DNA of 64,000 nt from a bacterium. Its GTDB lineage: Bacteria > UBA8248. Location of the stretch: the NCBI GenBank assembly GCA_965207065.1, contig OZ242260.1, positions 3,232,001 through 3,296,000 of the forward strand. Reading direction: 5' to 3'. The notes beneath the pieces are model-generated. The model was given only the letters and a program-made list of their open reading frames with translations. It made no database searches and was not told where the DNA came from. Of the stretch, positions 34,234-43,833 are shown piece by piece; within the stretch, counting starts at the first letter, position 1, and each line of letters starts with the position of its first letter. Position numbers and translations under genes: made by a program.

Positions 34234-35697
34234 ATGGAGCCGATGAATTTCTTACTCTTGATGGATGATGAGCATACACAAAAAATGATGGGCTGCTATG
34301 GCCACCCGATCGTCAAAACACCGAACATCGACGCGCTCGCTGCGTCGGGCACCCGGTTCGAGAGCGCATATACGAACTGCCCCATCTGCGCGCCAGCCCG
34401 CGCGAGTTTCGCCACGGGCAAGTATGTGCATGAAATCAGCGCCTGGGACAATGCGCATCCCTACGAGGGAAAGCCGCCGAGCTGGGGCCACCGCCTCCAG
34501 GAAGCCGGGGTGAGAACCGCTTCGGTCGGCAAGCTCCATTACCGAAACGCCGAGCTTCCCGTCGGCTTCGACGAGCAAATTATCCCCCTGCATGTGCCCA
34601 AAGGTGGAATAGGTGATATCCATAGTGCGGTTCGCGATGAGAAGGGCCTGCCGCCCCGGAACAATCCGGAATGGATGGCCGAGCAAATCGGGCCGGGTGA
34701 CTCCAAATATATTTCCTATGACGGGCAAGTCACGGATTTGGCCTGCGAGTGGATTGCCGGGCGAGCGAAGGAACTTGACGAGCGCCCCTGGGCGCTGTTC
34801 GTCTCGCTCACGTGCCCGCATTTCCCCTTTATCGGCCCGCCCGAGTTTTACGATCACTACCCGCTCGAAGACATCCCGCTGCCCGATCCCCACCCTTCGG
34901 GCGGCTACGATTGGCACCCCTGGATTGCCGCGCTTCACGAATGCGCTCCATACGACGATTATTTCGATGACCACAAGCGACGCGTCGCACTCGCGTCATA
35001 TTTCGCCATGATCAGCTTTGTGGATTCGAACGTCGGAAGAATCCTGAAAACTCTGGAAGATTCAGGTTTCAGGGACAACACGCGGGTGCTCTTCGCAAGC
35101 GACCACGGGGATAATCTGGGTGAGCGCGGTCTATGGGGGAAATCCACGATGTATGAGGAATCCGTCGCCGTGCCTCTCATCGTCTCTGGGCCGGACGTTC
35201 CGAGGGGGAAGGTGTCGCGAACGCCGGTCTCGCTCGTCGATCTTTATCCCACAGCGCTCGATTGCGCAGGTTTGCTTGAGAGCGACGAGGAAGCGCAGCT
35301 GCATGGCGATTCCATGTTCCGGATCGCGAATGGACCCGATGTCCCCGAGCGCGAGATTTTCAGCGAATTCCATGCGCTCGGCGCCAAGACGGGGTTGTTC
35401 ATGATTCGTCGAGGTCGCTACAAATACATCCATTACGTGGGGCACGAGCCCGAACTCTTTGATCTGGAAGACGATCCCGAGGAGCGCCGCGACATCTCCA
35501 AGAGCCCCGCACACCAATCCATACTCTCGGAGCTCGAAGCATGTCTTATGCGCGTCCTCGACCCCGAAGAGGTGGATGGGCGCGCAAAGGCGGAACAGGC
35601 GGCGTTGGTCGAGCGCCACGGAGGGCGTGACGCGGTGATCGCCATCGGTAACAGTTTCGCGTCCCCGCCCCCGGGCGAGAACGAATACGGGGAGTAG
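34234..35697 (+). CDS. Cys-type sulfatase, choline-sulfatase-like
   Basis: DDEH, CAPAR (CxPxR), GKLH, PHFP, SDHG, WGKS. Confidence 0.88.
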   Translation: MEPMNFLLLMDDEHTQKMMGCYGHPIVKTPNIDALAASGTRFESAYTNCPICAPARASFATGKYVHEISAWDNAHPYEGKPPSWGHRLQEAGVRTASVGKLHYRNAELPVGFDEQIIPLHVPKGGIGDIHSAVRDEKGLPPRNNPEWMAEQIGPGDSKYISYDGQVTDLACEWIAGRAKELDERPWALFVSLTCPHFPFIGPPEFYDHYPLEDIPLPDPHPSGGYDWHPWIAALHECAPYDDYFDDHKRRVALASYFAMISFVDSNVGRILKTLEDSGFRDNTRVLFASDHGDNLGERGLWGKSTMYEESVAVPLIVSGPDVPRGKVSRTPVSLVDLYPTALDCAGLLESDEEAQLHGDSMFRIANGPDVPEREIFSEFHALGAKTGLFMIRRGRYKYIHYVGHEPELFDLEDDPEERRDISKSPAHQSILSELEACLMRVLDPEEVDGRAKAEQAALVERHGGRDAVIAIGNSFASPPPGENEYGE

Positions 35698-35703
35698 GGG
35701 AGG

Positions 35704-36846
35704 CTAACTGAACGCGTGAGTGAGACTCTTTCTTCTCATGCCGACGTTCAGGACCAGTGCGATGGCGATGAATGACGAGATGGAAGCGCTCCCCCCGTAG
35801 CTTACCAGTGGAAGCGGGATTCCGACGATCGGCATCAAGCCGAGCGTCATCCCGATGTTGAAGATGATGTAGAGGAAAAACGCCGTAGTGATGCCTACGG
35901 CAAGCAGGGCGCCTTCCTTATCGGCGGCGTTTAGCGCTGCGCTCAGACACCGGAGGATAAATATGAAGAACAAAGCCAATACAGTAACACTGCCGATAAA
36001 ACCGAGTTCTTCACTCAGTACAGAGAAAATAAAATCGGTGTGCTTCTCCGGCAGGAAATGAAGCCTGCTCTGCGTTCCCTGGAGCAGTCCCTTTCCCCAG
36101 AATTCCCCGCTGCCGACGGCGATGATGCTTTGCATACTCTGATAGCCTGCGCCGAGGGGGTCTGCGTCCGGGTTGATCAGGGTCAGGATGCGCTGTCTCT
36201 GATATGGCTTGAGGAATAACCAGCCCAGCGGTGCGCTCGCGATCGCCATGCATCCGATGGTGAGGATGACTCTTTTCCTGACGCCGACGACGAGGACCAT
36301 CGCTCCTGCTATCAGGAATACGGTGAGTCCAGTGCCCAAATCGGGTTGTCGTACAATCAGCAACACGGGCGCTATCGCCAGAACAAACGCCGGGAAAAGC
36401 TCCTTGAATCCAATGGGGTTTTCTTCTCCGCGAGAGCCGAAGTATCTGGCCAGCACGAGGATGACCGCCAGACGCGCAAGCTCGGAGGGTTGCAATCGCA
36501 AGGGGCCGAAAACGAGCCAGCGCTTCGCACCGTATACTACCTGTCCCGAGAAGAGGACGGCGATGAGCAAAACGATGACGAGGGCGTAGAAGAAATAGGC
36601 CCATCGCGTAAAAAAGTGGTAGTCGAAAAAGAGGATACAGGGCAATAGGCATAAGCCGATGGAAGACCACAACGCTTGTTTCAGGTGCAGGGAGTTTTTC
36701 AGGAAAACGGGGTTGGAATGAGTAGCGCTGTAAATCATATAAATACCTGTCAAGCTTAGTAAAAGCGTGGCTAGAGCGAGCAGCCAGTCCATCTGCGAGA
36801 CGGCTCGCCGAAAAGGGGATGATTGAGAAGGAGCGATCCCTGTCAT
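35704..36846 (-). CDS. rodA: Rod shape-determining SEDS protein RodA
   Basis: GAKRW, QPSE, QPDLGT, LPEKHTDFIF, SYGGS. Confidence 0.96.
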   Translation of the reverse strand: MTGIAPSQSSPFRRAVSQMDWLLALATLLLSLTGIYMIYSATHSNPVFLKNSLHLKQALWSSIGLCLLPCILFFDYHFFTRWAYFFYALVIVLLIAVLFSGQVVYGAKRWLVFGPLRLQPSELARLAVILVLARYFGSRGEENPIGFKELFPAFVLAIAPVLLIVRQPDLGTGLTVFLIAGAMVLVVGVRKRVILTIGCMAIASAPLGWLFLKPYQRQRILTLINPDADPLGAGYQSMQSIIAVGSGEFWGKGLLQGTQSRLHFLPEKHTDFIFSVLSEELGFIGSVTVLALFFIFILRCLSAALNAADKEGALLAVGITTAFFLYIIFNIGMTLGLMPIVGIPLPLVSYGGSASISSFIAIALVLNVGMRRKSLTHAFS

Positions 36847-38744
36847 CTACGCGCTCCCGGAGCCTGTTTGAGCGGGGCGGGCGGTTTTTCTTCAGTCGCT
36901 TCGTTCGAAGCCAGAATCTGTTGTTCGTTTTTCGTGAGATAAAAGGAAATGATCTCTTTTGCATATGGGGCGAAAAAAGACCCCGGTCTACCGGCATTTT
37001 CCCCTAAAATGGCGATAGCGATCGTGGGTTTTTCGTAAGGGGCGAATGCGACGAACCAGGAGTGGTCCCGAAATTTTCGCGGCAATTCTTCGGGTTTTCT
37101 TTTGCGGCCCGTGTATTTGAGGTCGACGGTCTGGGCGGTGCCCGTCTTGCCGGCCACGAAAATGTCGGGTACCTGGGCTTTTTTCGCCGTGCCCTTTTTG
37201 CCATGGACGACTTCTTTGAGCGCTTCTCGAACTTTCCGGAAAATCTTCTGTGAAATCGGGATTTTGCGGATGAGTCGGGGCCTGGATTCGAAGAGCGGCT
37301 TGCCACCGGGGCTCAGCACTTTTTTCACAATATAAGGTTTCCAAAGATTACCGCCGTTCGCCACGGTGGCGATGAGGTTGGCGGCTTGCATGGGGGTGAT
37401 GAGATTGAAGCCCTGGCCGATGGAAACGCTGATCGTCTCGCCTTCGTACCATCTTTCCTTGAATCGACGACGCTTCCAGGCATCCGATGGCACGAGCCCT
37501 CCTTTTTCGGCCGCTCCGAAACCGGTAGGCGAACCCAGGCCGAACATGCGCGCGTAACGCGCGATTCTCTCGATGCCCAGCTTGTGGCCGTTCGTGTAGT
37601 AGTAGACGTCACAGCTTTGGGCCAGGGATTGGATGAAGTCTATAGGTCCGTGTCCACCCTTCTTCCAGTCGCGAAATATTTTCTTTCCGAATGGAAACGT
37701 GCCGTGGCAGCGTATTTTTTCATCGGAACGCGCGATTTTCTCGTTCAGAATTGCGAAACCCATCACGATTTTGAAAATCGAGCCGGGAGGGTATTGCCCC
37801 CGGATGGCCCGGTTCTCGAGCGGTTTCAAGGGGTCTTTCATGAGGCCTTTCCAGTCTTTGGCGTCTATGCCGCCGGCGAAGATGTTCGGGTTGAATGACG
37901 GTTTGCTCACCATGGCCAAAATTGCGCCGTCCGAGGGGTCGAGAATGACGATGCTGCCCTCATGCGCTTCGAACAACTCTTCCGCCTTTTTCTGGAGTTC
38001 CATGTCAATCGTCAGATAGACGTTGTTTCCCGCTTTTTCCACAAACGGGCGGACGATGCGCAACTCTCTTCCGTAGGCGTCCACCTCCACTTGCTTGAAG
38101 CCACTCTGACCGCGCAGGAATTTTTCCTGAGTCCGCTCGACCCCGTACTGGCCGAGCAGGTCTCCCTGCCGGTAGTTTCGTTGCTTCAGGCGTTGCAGCT
38201 GACGGTTGGTCACCTCGCCCAAATAACCGAGAAGGTGACTCGCCTGCTCTTTGGACGGGTATCGCCTGAGGGGCGTCGCCTGAACGAATACGCCGGGATA
38301 GTCGGGCTTGTGCTCTTCCAGAAAGGCCATGGTTTTGCGGCTGATGTCCGCCTTGATCAGAAATGGCCGGAAGGGGTTCGCATTCCGGGTTCTTTGGTAG
38401 AGTACCTCAAAAGGTTGTTTCGTGATTTCGGCCAGCAGCCGGATGGTTTGCTTTGGGTTTTTTGCATTTTCCCGAATTAGATAAATGTTGAACGATGCGC
38501 GGTTATCCGCAAGCAGTTCTCCCTGTGAGTCGAGTACCATGCCCCTGGGGCTTTGCACGAGTCGATAGGCAATCCGGTTGTCTTCGGATAGGGTTCGGAA
38601 TTTTTCGCCCTGGATGACCTGAAGGTTCCAGAGCCTGATGAACAAGCCGAGAAGGATGATCCCAAAACATATCCCGAAGATGACGACACGGCGTTTGAGC
38701 GCGTCACTGGTCGCGGGATTTGAATTGAATTGCCATTCTTTCAT
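36843..38744 (-). CDS. mrdA: Penicillin-binding protein 2
   Basis: SIFK, SCD and KTGT motifs; lies between mreD and rodA. Confidence 0.95.
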   Translation of the reverse strand: MKEWQFNSNPATSDALKRRVVIFGICFGIILLGLFIRLWNLQVIQGEKFRTLSEDNRIAYRLVQSPRGMVLDSQGELLADNRASFNIYLIRENAKNPKQTIRLLAEITKQPFEVLYQRTRNANPFRPFLIKADISRKTMAFLEEHKPDYPGVFVQATPLRRYPSKEQASHLLGYLGEVTNRQLQRLKQRNYRQGDLLGQYGVERTQEKFLRGQSGFKQVEVDAYGRELRIVRPFVEKAGNNVYLTIDMELQKKAEELFEAHEGSIVILDPSDGAILAMVSKPSFNPNIFAGGIDAKDWKGLMKDPLKPLENRAIRGQYPPGSIFKIVMGFAILNEKIARSDEKIRCHGTFPFGKKIFRDWKKGGHGPIDFIQSLAQSCDVYYYTNGHKLGIERIARYARMFGLGSPTGFGAAEKGGLVPSDAWKRRRFKERWYEGETISVSIGQGFNLITPMQAANLIATVANGGNLWKPYIVKKVLSPGGKPLFESRPRLIRKIPISQKIFRKVREALKEVVHGKKGTAKKAQVPDIFVAGKTGTAQTVDLKYTGRKRKPEELPRKFRDHSWFVAFAPYEKPTIAIAILGENAGRPGSFFAPYAKEIISFYLTKNEQQILASNEATEEKPPAPLKQAPGARR

Positions 38745-38745
38745 C

Positions 38746-39273
38746 TCAGGATCGCTCCGGATAGGGCGTGCCCGCGTCGGATGGTAGCATCTTTCCCTCT
38801 ATTATTCCCAGAAGGCTGAAGATGAACGGCGCCAAAACGACGTTCAGGCCCACCGTCTTGATTGAATCCATCCAATATGTGAAAGCCATAAACTGAGTGG
38901 GTATAAATAATTGCGCGAGAATGAAAGCAAATAAGGCGTAGAATATCGAAGCGGAAAACACCACCGTGCACTGAAAAACGACGAAACGAGCCGTCATATT
39001 GGGTTTCAGTCCGCCCGTGTAATGACCGATCAGCCCTTTGAGGAGCGCGTTGAAACCCAGTAAGCCTCCTGAGAGGATATCCTCGAAAATCCCGAGAATG
39101 AATCCTCCTAGAAGTCCCGTTTCCCTGTCACGATGCAGACCCAGGAAAACCGTCGTAAGAAGCATGGCGTCCGGCTTGGCGCCAGTCCAGATCAAGAAAT
39201 AATCCGCCACCGACGTGTGCAGGACAATCGCCAGGACGGCGAGTATAATGTAAAATAATACAATCATTTCCAA
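38746..39273 (-). CDS. mreD: Rod shape-determining protein MreD
   Basis: Hydrophobic; KPD, GIFEDILSG; synteny. Confidence 0.85.
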   Translation of the reverse strand: MEMIVLFYIILAVLAIVLHTSVADYFLIWTGAKPDAMLLTTVFLGLHRDRETGLLGGFILGIFEDILSGGLLGFNALLKGLIGHYTGGLKPNMTARFVVFQCTVVFSASIFYALFAFILAQLFIPTQFMAFTYWMDSIKTVGLNVVLAPFIFSLLGIIEGKMLPSDAGTPYPERS

Positions 39274-40097
39274 GGGTTTTCTTTAGGTGCTATCATCAGG
39301 ATCATCACCTCTTCCAAATTGGAAAAATCGACAATCGCCCTGGCTTTTATTTTTGGGAACAACCCCCTGACGTCCGTGACTTTCGTTATATGGGCTACGG
39401 GAAGTCCTTTAGGAAAAATCCCCCCCAACCCGGAGGAAATAAGGAGGTCCCCGCGTTTCATATTCACGTGTTTCGGCATGTAGCGCACCTCGCTCTCTCC
39501 TTCCGGGGAGATGGTGAAAACCCCTTGTGAGCGTGAGCGTTGGGCGATGACGTTGACGGCGCTTCTCGAGTCGAGCAAGGTCAGAACCTGGCTCACGTTG
39601 TTTCCCACACGGGAGATTCTTCCCACAAGGCCCGCCTGGTGCATTACCGGCATGTTCCTGTTCACGCCATCTCGGGAGCCGAGGTCCAACAGCAGGGATT
39701 CTCCATAGATGTTTTTGTTGCGAGCCAATATTCGGGCCAAGCGAACGGGCGCCTCGAGATTCTGTGATGCACCGAGCAGTTTCTTGAGGCGTGCGACTTC
39801 TGATTTCAATTCCTGTATCTGAGCATGATGTGTATTCAGCGTTTGCAGCTTTCGCTTCAACTCGGTGTTCTCTTCATGCGCATTTTTGAGGAGTTGGTAT
39901 TTCTGCCAGAGTTCGACCGACCATTTTCTGGGAATGTCGGCGACACGAATGGTCGAACCCAGTATGGAGAGTATCGATCTCTCCAACAGAGTGGATTGAC
40001 CACGAAAGCGCACGCTCAGCGTCATGAGAGTGAAAGAGACGAGAAACAACCCTATGAGCAGGGCTAAACTTCTGCGTTCGACTAGAAACTGAAGCAT
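39264..40097 (-). CDS. mreC: Rod shape-determining protein MreC
   Basis: Transmembrane segment plus coiled coil; GLVGRI, SGLGGIFPKG. Confidence 0.93.
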   Translation of the reverse strand: MLQFLVERRSLALLIGLFLVSFTLMTLSVRFRGQSTLLERSILSILGSTIRVADIPRKWSVELWQKYQLLKNAHEENTELKRKLQTLNTHHAQIQELKSEVARLKKLLGASQNLEAPVRLARILARNKNIYGESLLLDLGSRDGVNRNMPVMHQAGLVGRISRVGNNVSQVLTLLDSRSAVNVIAQRSRSQGVFTISPEGESEVRYMPKHVNMKRGDLLISSGLGGIFPKGLPVAHITKVTDVRGLFPKIKARAIVDFSNLEEVMILMIAPKENPWK

Positions 40098-40176
40098 AAT
40101 ATTCTAAGGCGAATTTTCAGAAACTGAAGAAAACGCCATCGCGGGCAGTGACCGAAGCTTTGATGAACTATATCGG

Positions 40177-41235
<1,059 letters not shown>

Positions 41236-41482
41236 TCATTCCGTGGGCGAAGTTCTCACTATGATTACACTCCAAGTGAGAATACTCAAGGAAACCACCA
41301 ATTTCAAGGAGAAAGGCGCGCCGATGCGAGAAAAATTCCATTGAGCTGCGGGCCAGGCCGATGAAAATTCGCCTTCCCCGGTTTGCGATGACGCGAGAGG
41401 TGGGCTATTTTTCTCTTTTGCTCGCCACTGAAATCTTGTGCGATCGCATGGACGGTCGATTTGGAAGGAGTACAAAACATTG

Positions 41483-43381
41483 ATGCTTCGCTTTTTGAGA
41501 GAAAAGGGCAAAAGCTGGGTCCTAAAGGCTTTGCTGGGCTTCGTAGCGCTCACGTTCGTCTCTTTCGGCGGGTTCGCACTCACGGACAGGCAGGCTGATA
41601 CCGGAGGCGGCCGGGTCGCGGCGTGGGTGGGCGATACGCCCATATCGGTGCGCGAATTCGAGCAGCGCTATTATCAGCGGGCCGAAACGCTCAGGCGACA
41701 ACTGGGCGCCGCCTATAATGAGGAACTCGCGCGCCAGCTTGGTCTGAGGCGCCAGACGCTCGATTCTCTCATACTGGAGAAACTTCAGCTGCGTGAAGCC
41801 CGGCGGCTCGGGATTGTGGTCTCCAACGCGCAAGTCGCCCTCCAGATACAATCGCTCGCCCCATTTCAGAGAGACGGAAAATTCGACGCCCAGCGATATC
41901 GCAGCATCCTGGAGTCGAATGGCATCACCCCCCGACAGTTCGAGGCTGACCAAAGGCGGGTCGTTTTGCTCAACCAGCTTCGGGACTATGTGAACCTGGG
42001 CGTACTGGTCAGTGACCAGGAGGTGCGGGACGCCTTTGAGTGGAGAAACGCGGAAATCAAGTTGGCCGCCGTTCGTCTGAAACCCGAATCTTTCACAGCG
42101 GATGTGCTGAAGCTGGAAGCCGACCTGAAGGCCCATTACGAAAAAAACAAGGATCAGTTTAAAACAGGTCCGCAAAGGAAGGTGTCGTGGTGGTATCTGC
42201 CGTTTTCCGCGGTGGCGAAAGGGATCGTACTAAGCGATACGGACTTGAGGTCGTACTATACGCAAACCCGTGCGAAATACGGGCGCAAGGAGAGCGTGGC
42301 GGTAAATCAGATACTGCTGAAAATGCCTCCCAATCCGAAAAAAGAACTGATCGAGGCGAGCCGGAAACAGCTTGAAGAGCTGCGTGAGCGCATCATGAAG
42401 GGCGAGAAATTCACCGAACTGGCCAAAGCGCACTCCCAGGGTCCGGCAGCGAAGCGCGGGGGAGATCTTGGCGTTTTCGGCAGGGGACAGATGCTGCCTG
42501 AACTTGAGAAGGTGGCCTACGCCCTGAAAAAAGGAGAGGTGAGCAAACCGGTGAAGACTTCATTCGGATTGCACCTGCTGTGGGTGCGGGACAAGGTCTT
42601 GCCCGGCGAGAAACCCTTCGAGGAAGTGCGAAAGCAGGTGGAGCAAGATTTGCGGGCCTTGCGCTCCCGGGAGCAGGCGAAGAATGAATTAAGAAAGGTC
42701 CGCTATGCCGTGGAAGACAATAAGGCGGAGCCTGCTCTCGCCGGGCTGAAAAAGGGAGAAACCGGCTTTTTTGAAAGAGGCCGTGTTTCACAGACGGTGC
42801 CTGCATCTAATGTAGTGAGCGAGCTTGCTTTCGGTCTGAGCGGCGAGGAGAAGATATCCAGAGAGCGCGAGGGAGGCGGTGGCGTCGGCTTCGTGCGTCT
42901 TGAGGCGAAAAGGGAGCCTTTTGTCCCTGAATTCCAGGATGTGCGCAAACAGGTGGAGAGTTCATTCCTGCGCATCAAGGGGGCTGAGATTGCGAAACGA
43001 AAAGCGGCACTATGGCTCCAGGAGTTGAAGGATAAAAAGAGTAGCCTCTCTTCCATCGCCGAGGAGCTGAGTCTCAAAGTGCTCACTCCCAAGGCCTTCA
43101 AGCGAGCGGGCGTTCCTAATGAACTTGGACCTTCTCAAGAGATAGCGAGCCTCGCGTTCACCCTCAAAAAGGGCGGGTTCGGAACGGCTCAATCCGGTAG
43201 GGACGTGATTTTGTTTGAAGTGTTGGAGAAGCCACAGGCCGACATGAAGAAGTTCGAGTCAGAAAAGGCGGATTTCCGCCAGGGTATGCTGCGTCTGAAG
43301 GGTGTGATGGTCTTCAATCAGTATCTGGAAAGACTCAGGCAGGCGTCCAACATCCGCTTTGAGGAAGGATTCAACTTATAG
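41483..43381 (+). CDS. ppiD: PpiD/SurA-family membrane-anchored parvulin PPIase
   Basis: N-terminal transmembrane segment, SurA_N-like region, GGDLG, SFGLHL; divergent from mreB. Confidence 0.8.
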   Translation: MLRFLREKGKSWVLKALLGFVALTFVSFGGFALTDRQADTGGGRVAAWVGDTPISVREFEQRYYQRAETLRRQLGAAYNEELARQLGLRRQTLDSLILEKLQLREARRLGIVVSNAQVALQIQSLAPFQRDGKFDAQRYRSILESNGITPRQFEADQRRVVLLNQLRDYVNLGVLVSDQEVRDAFEWRNAEIKLAAVRLKPESFTADVLKLEADLKAHYEKNKDQFKTGPQRKVSWWYLPFSAVAKGIVLSDTDLRSYYTQTRAKYGRKESVAVNQILLKMPPNPKKELIEASRKQLEELRERIMKGEKFTELAKAHSQGPAAKRGGDLGVFGRGQMLPELEKVAYALKKGEVSKPVKTSFGLHLLWVRDKVLPGEKPFEEVRKQVEQDLRALRSREQAKNELRKVRYAVEDNKAEPALAGLKKGETGFFERGRVSQTVPASNVVSELAFGLSGEEKISREREGGGGVGFVRLEAKREPFVPEFQDVRKQVESSFLRIKGAEIAKRKAALWLQELKDKKSSLSSIAEELSLKVLTPKAFKRAGVPNELGPSQEIASLAFTLKKGGFGTAQSGRDVILFEVLEKPQADMKKFESEKADFRQGMLRLKGVMVFNQYLERLRQASNIRFEEGFNL

Positions 43382-43420
43382 AGGATATCGAATCAGTTTC
43401 TCTTCCCTCTATTTCCGGCA

Positions 43421-43735
43421 TTACCGCCAGAAATCTTCCCGATCCTCGGGCCTGATTTCGTGTTTTTCCTGCATTCCCTTTGCAAACAGGTCGGCCGCTT
43501 CTTTCTTTCTGGCCTCTTGTTGACTCATCAATTCCTGAATGTCGGGCGTTTTCTTCCTGGCCGCTTCGGCGAACGGGTCTTTTACCTGATGTCGCAGAAT
43601 CCGCACGGAGTCCTCTCCGATCTCGAAGCGGATTTGGTTCCCCGGCCCGGCGTCCAGGGATTTCATGATGTCCTTGGGCAGGTGAATTCTTCCCCCTTGG
43701 CCGATTTCGACGATGTATGGTTTTCTCTCACTCAT
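43421..43735 (-). CDS. AbrB/MazE/SpoVT-family DNA-binding protein (104 aa)
   Basis: GRIHLPKDIMKSLDAGPGNQIRF matches the AbrB pattern; GGAGG upstream of ATG at 43735. Confidence 0.7.
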   Translation of the reverse strand: MSERKPYIVEIGQGGRIHLPKDIMKSLDAGPGNQIRFEIGEDSVRILRHQVKDPFAEAARKKTPDIQELMSQQEARKKEAADLFAKGMQEKHEIRPEDREDFWR

Positions 43736-43833
43736 GAAGTATTTTCCTCCGAGCCTGCCGCCCACCCCCTTCGTTATGATCAGTTTATCAGGAGCGGGGA
43801 AAAACATGAAACACGCATTTCGAAGCGCCGGGC

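Noticed and set aside
31095-35697. Radical SAM protein as the maturase for the neighbouring sulfatase
   Set aside because: It is the TIGR03960/DUF2344 type in its usual rng context and does not look like a SPASM-domain anaerobic sulfatase maturase.
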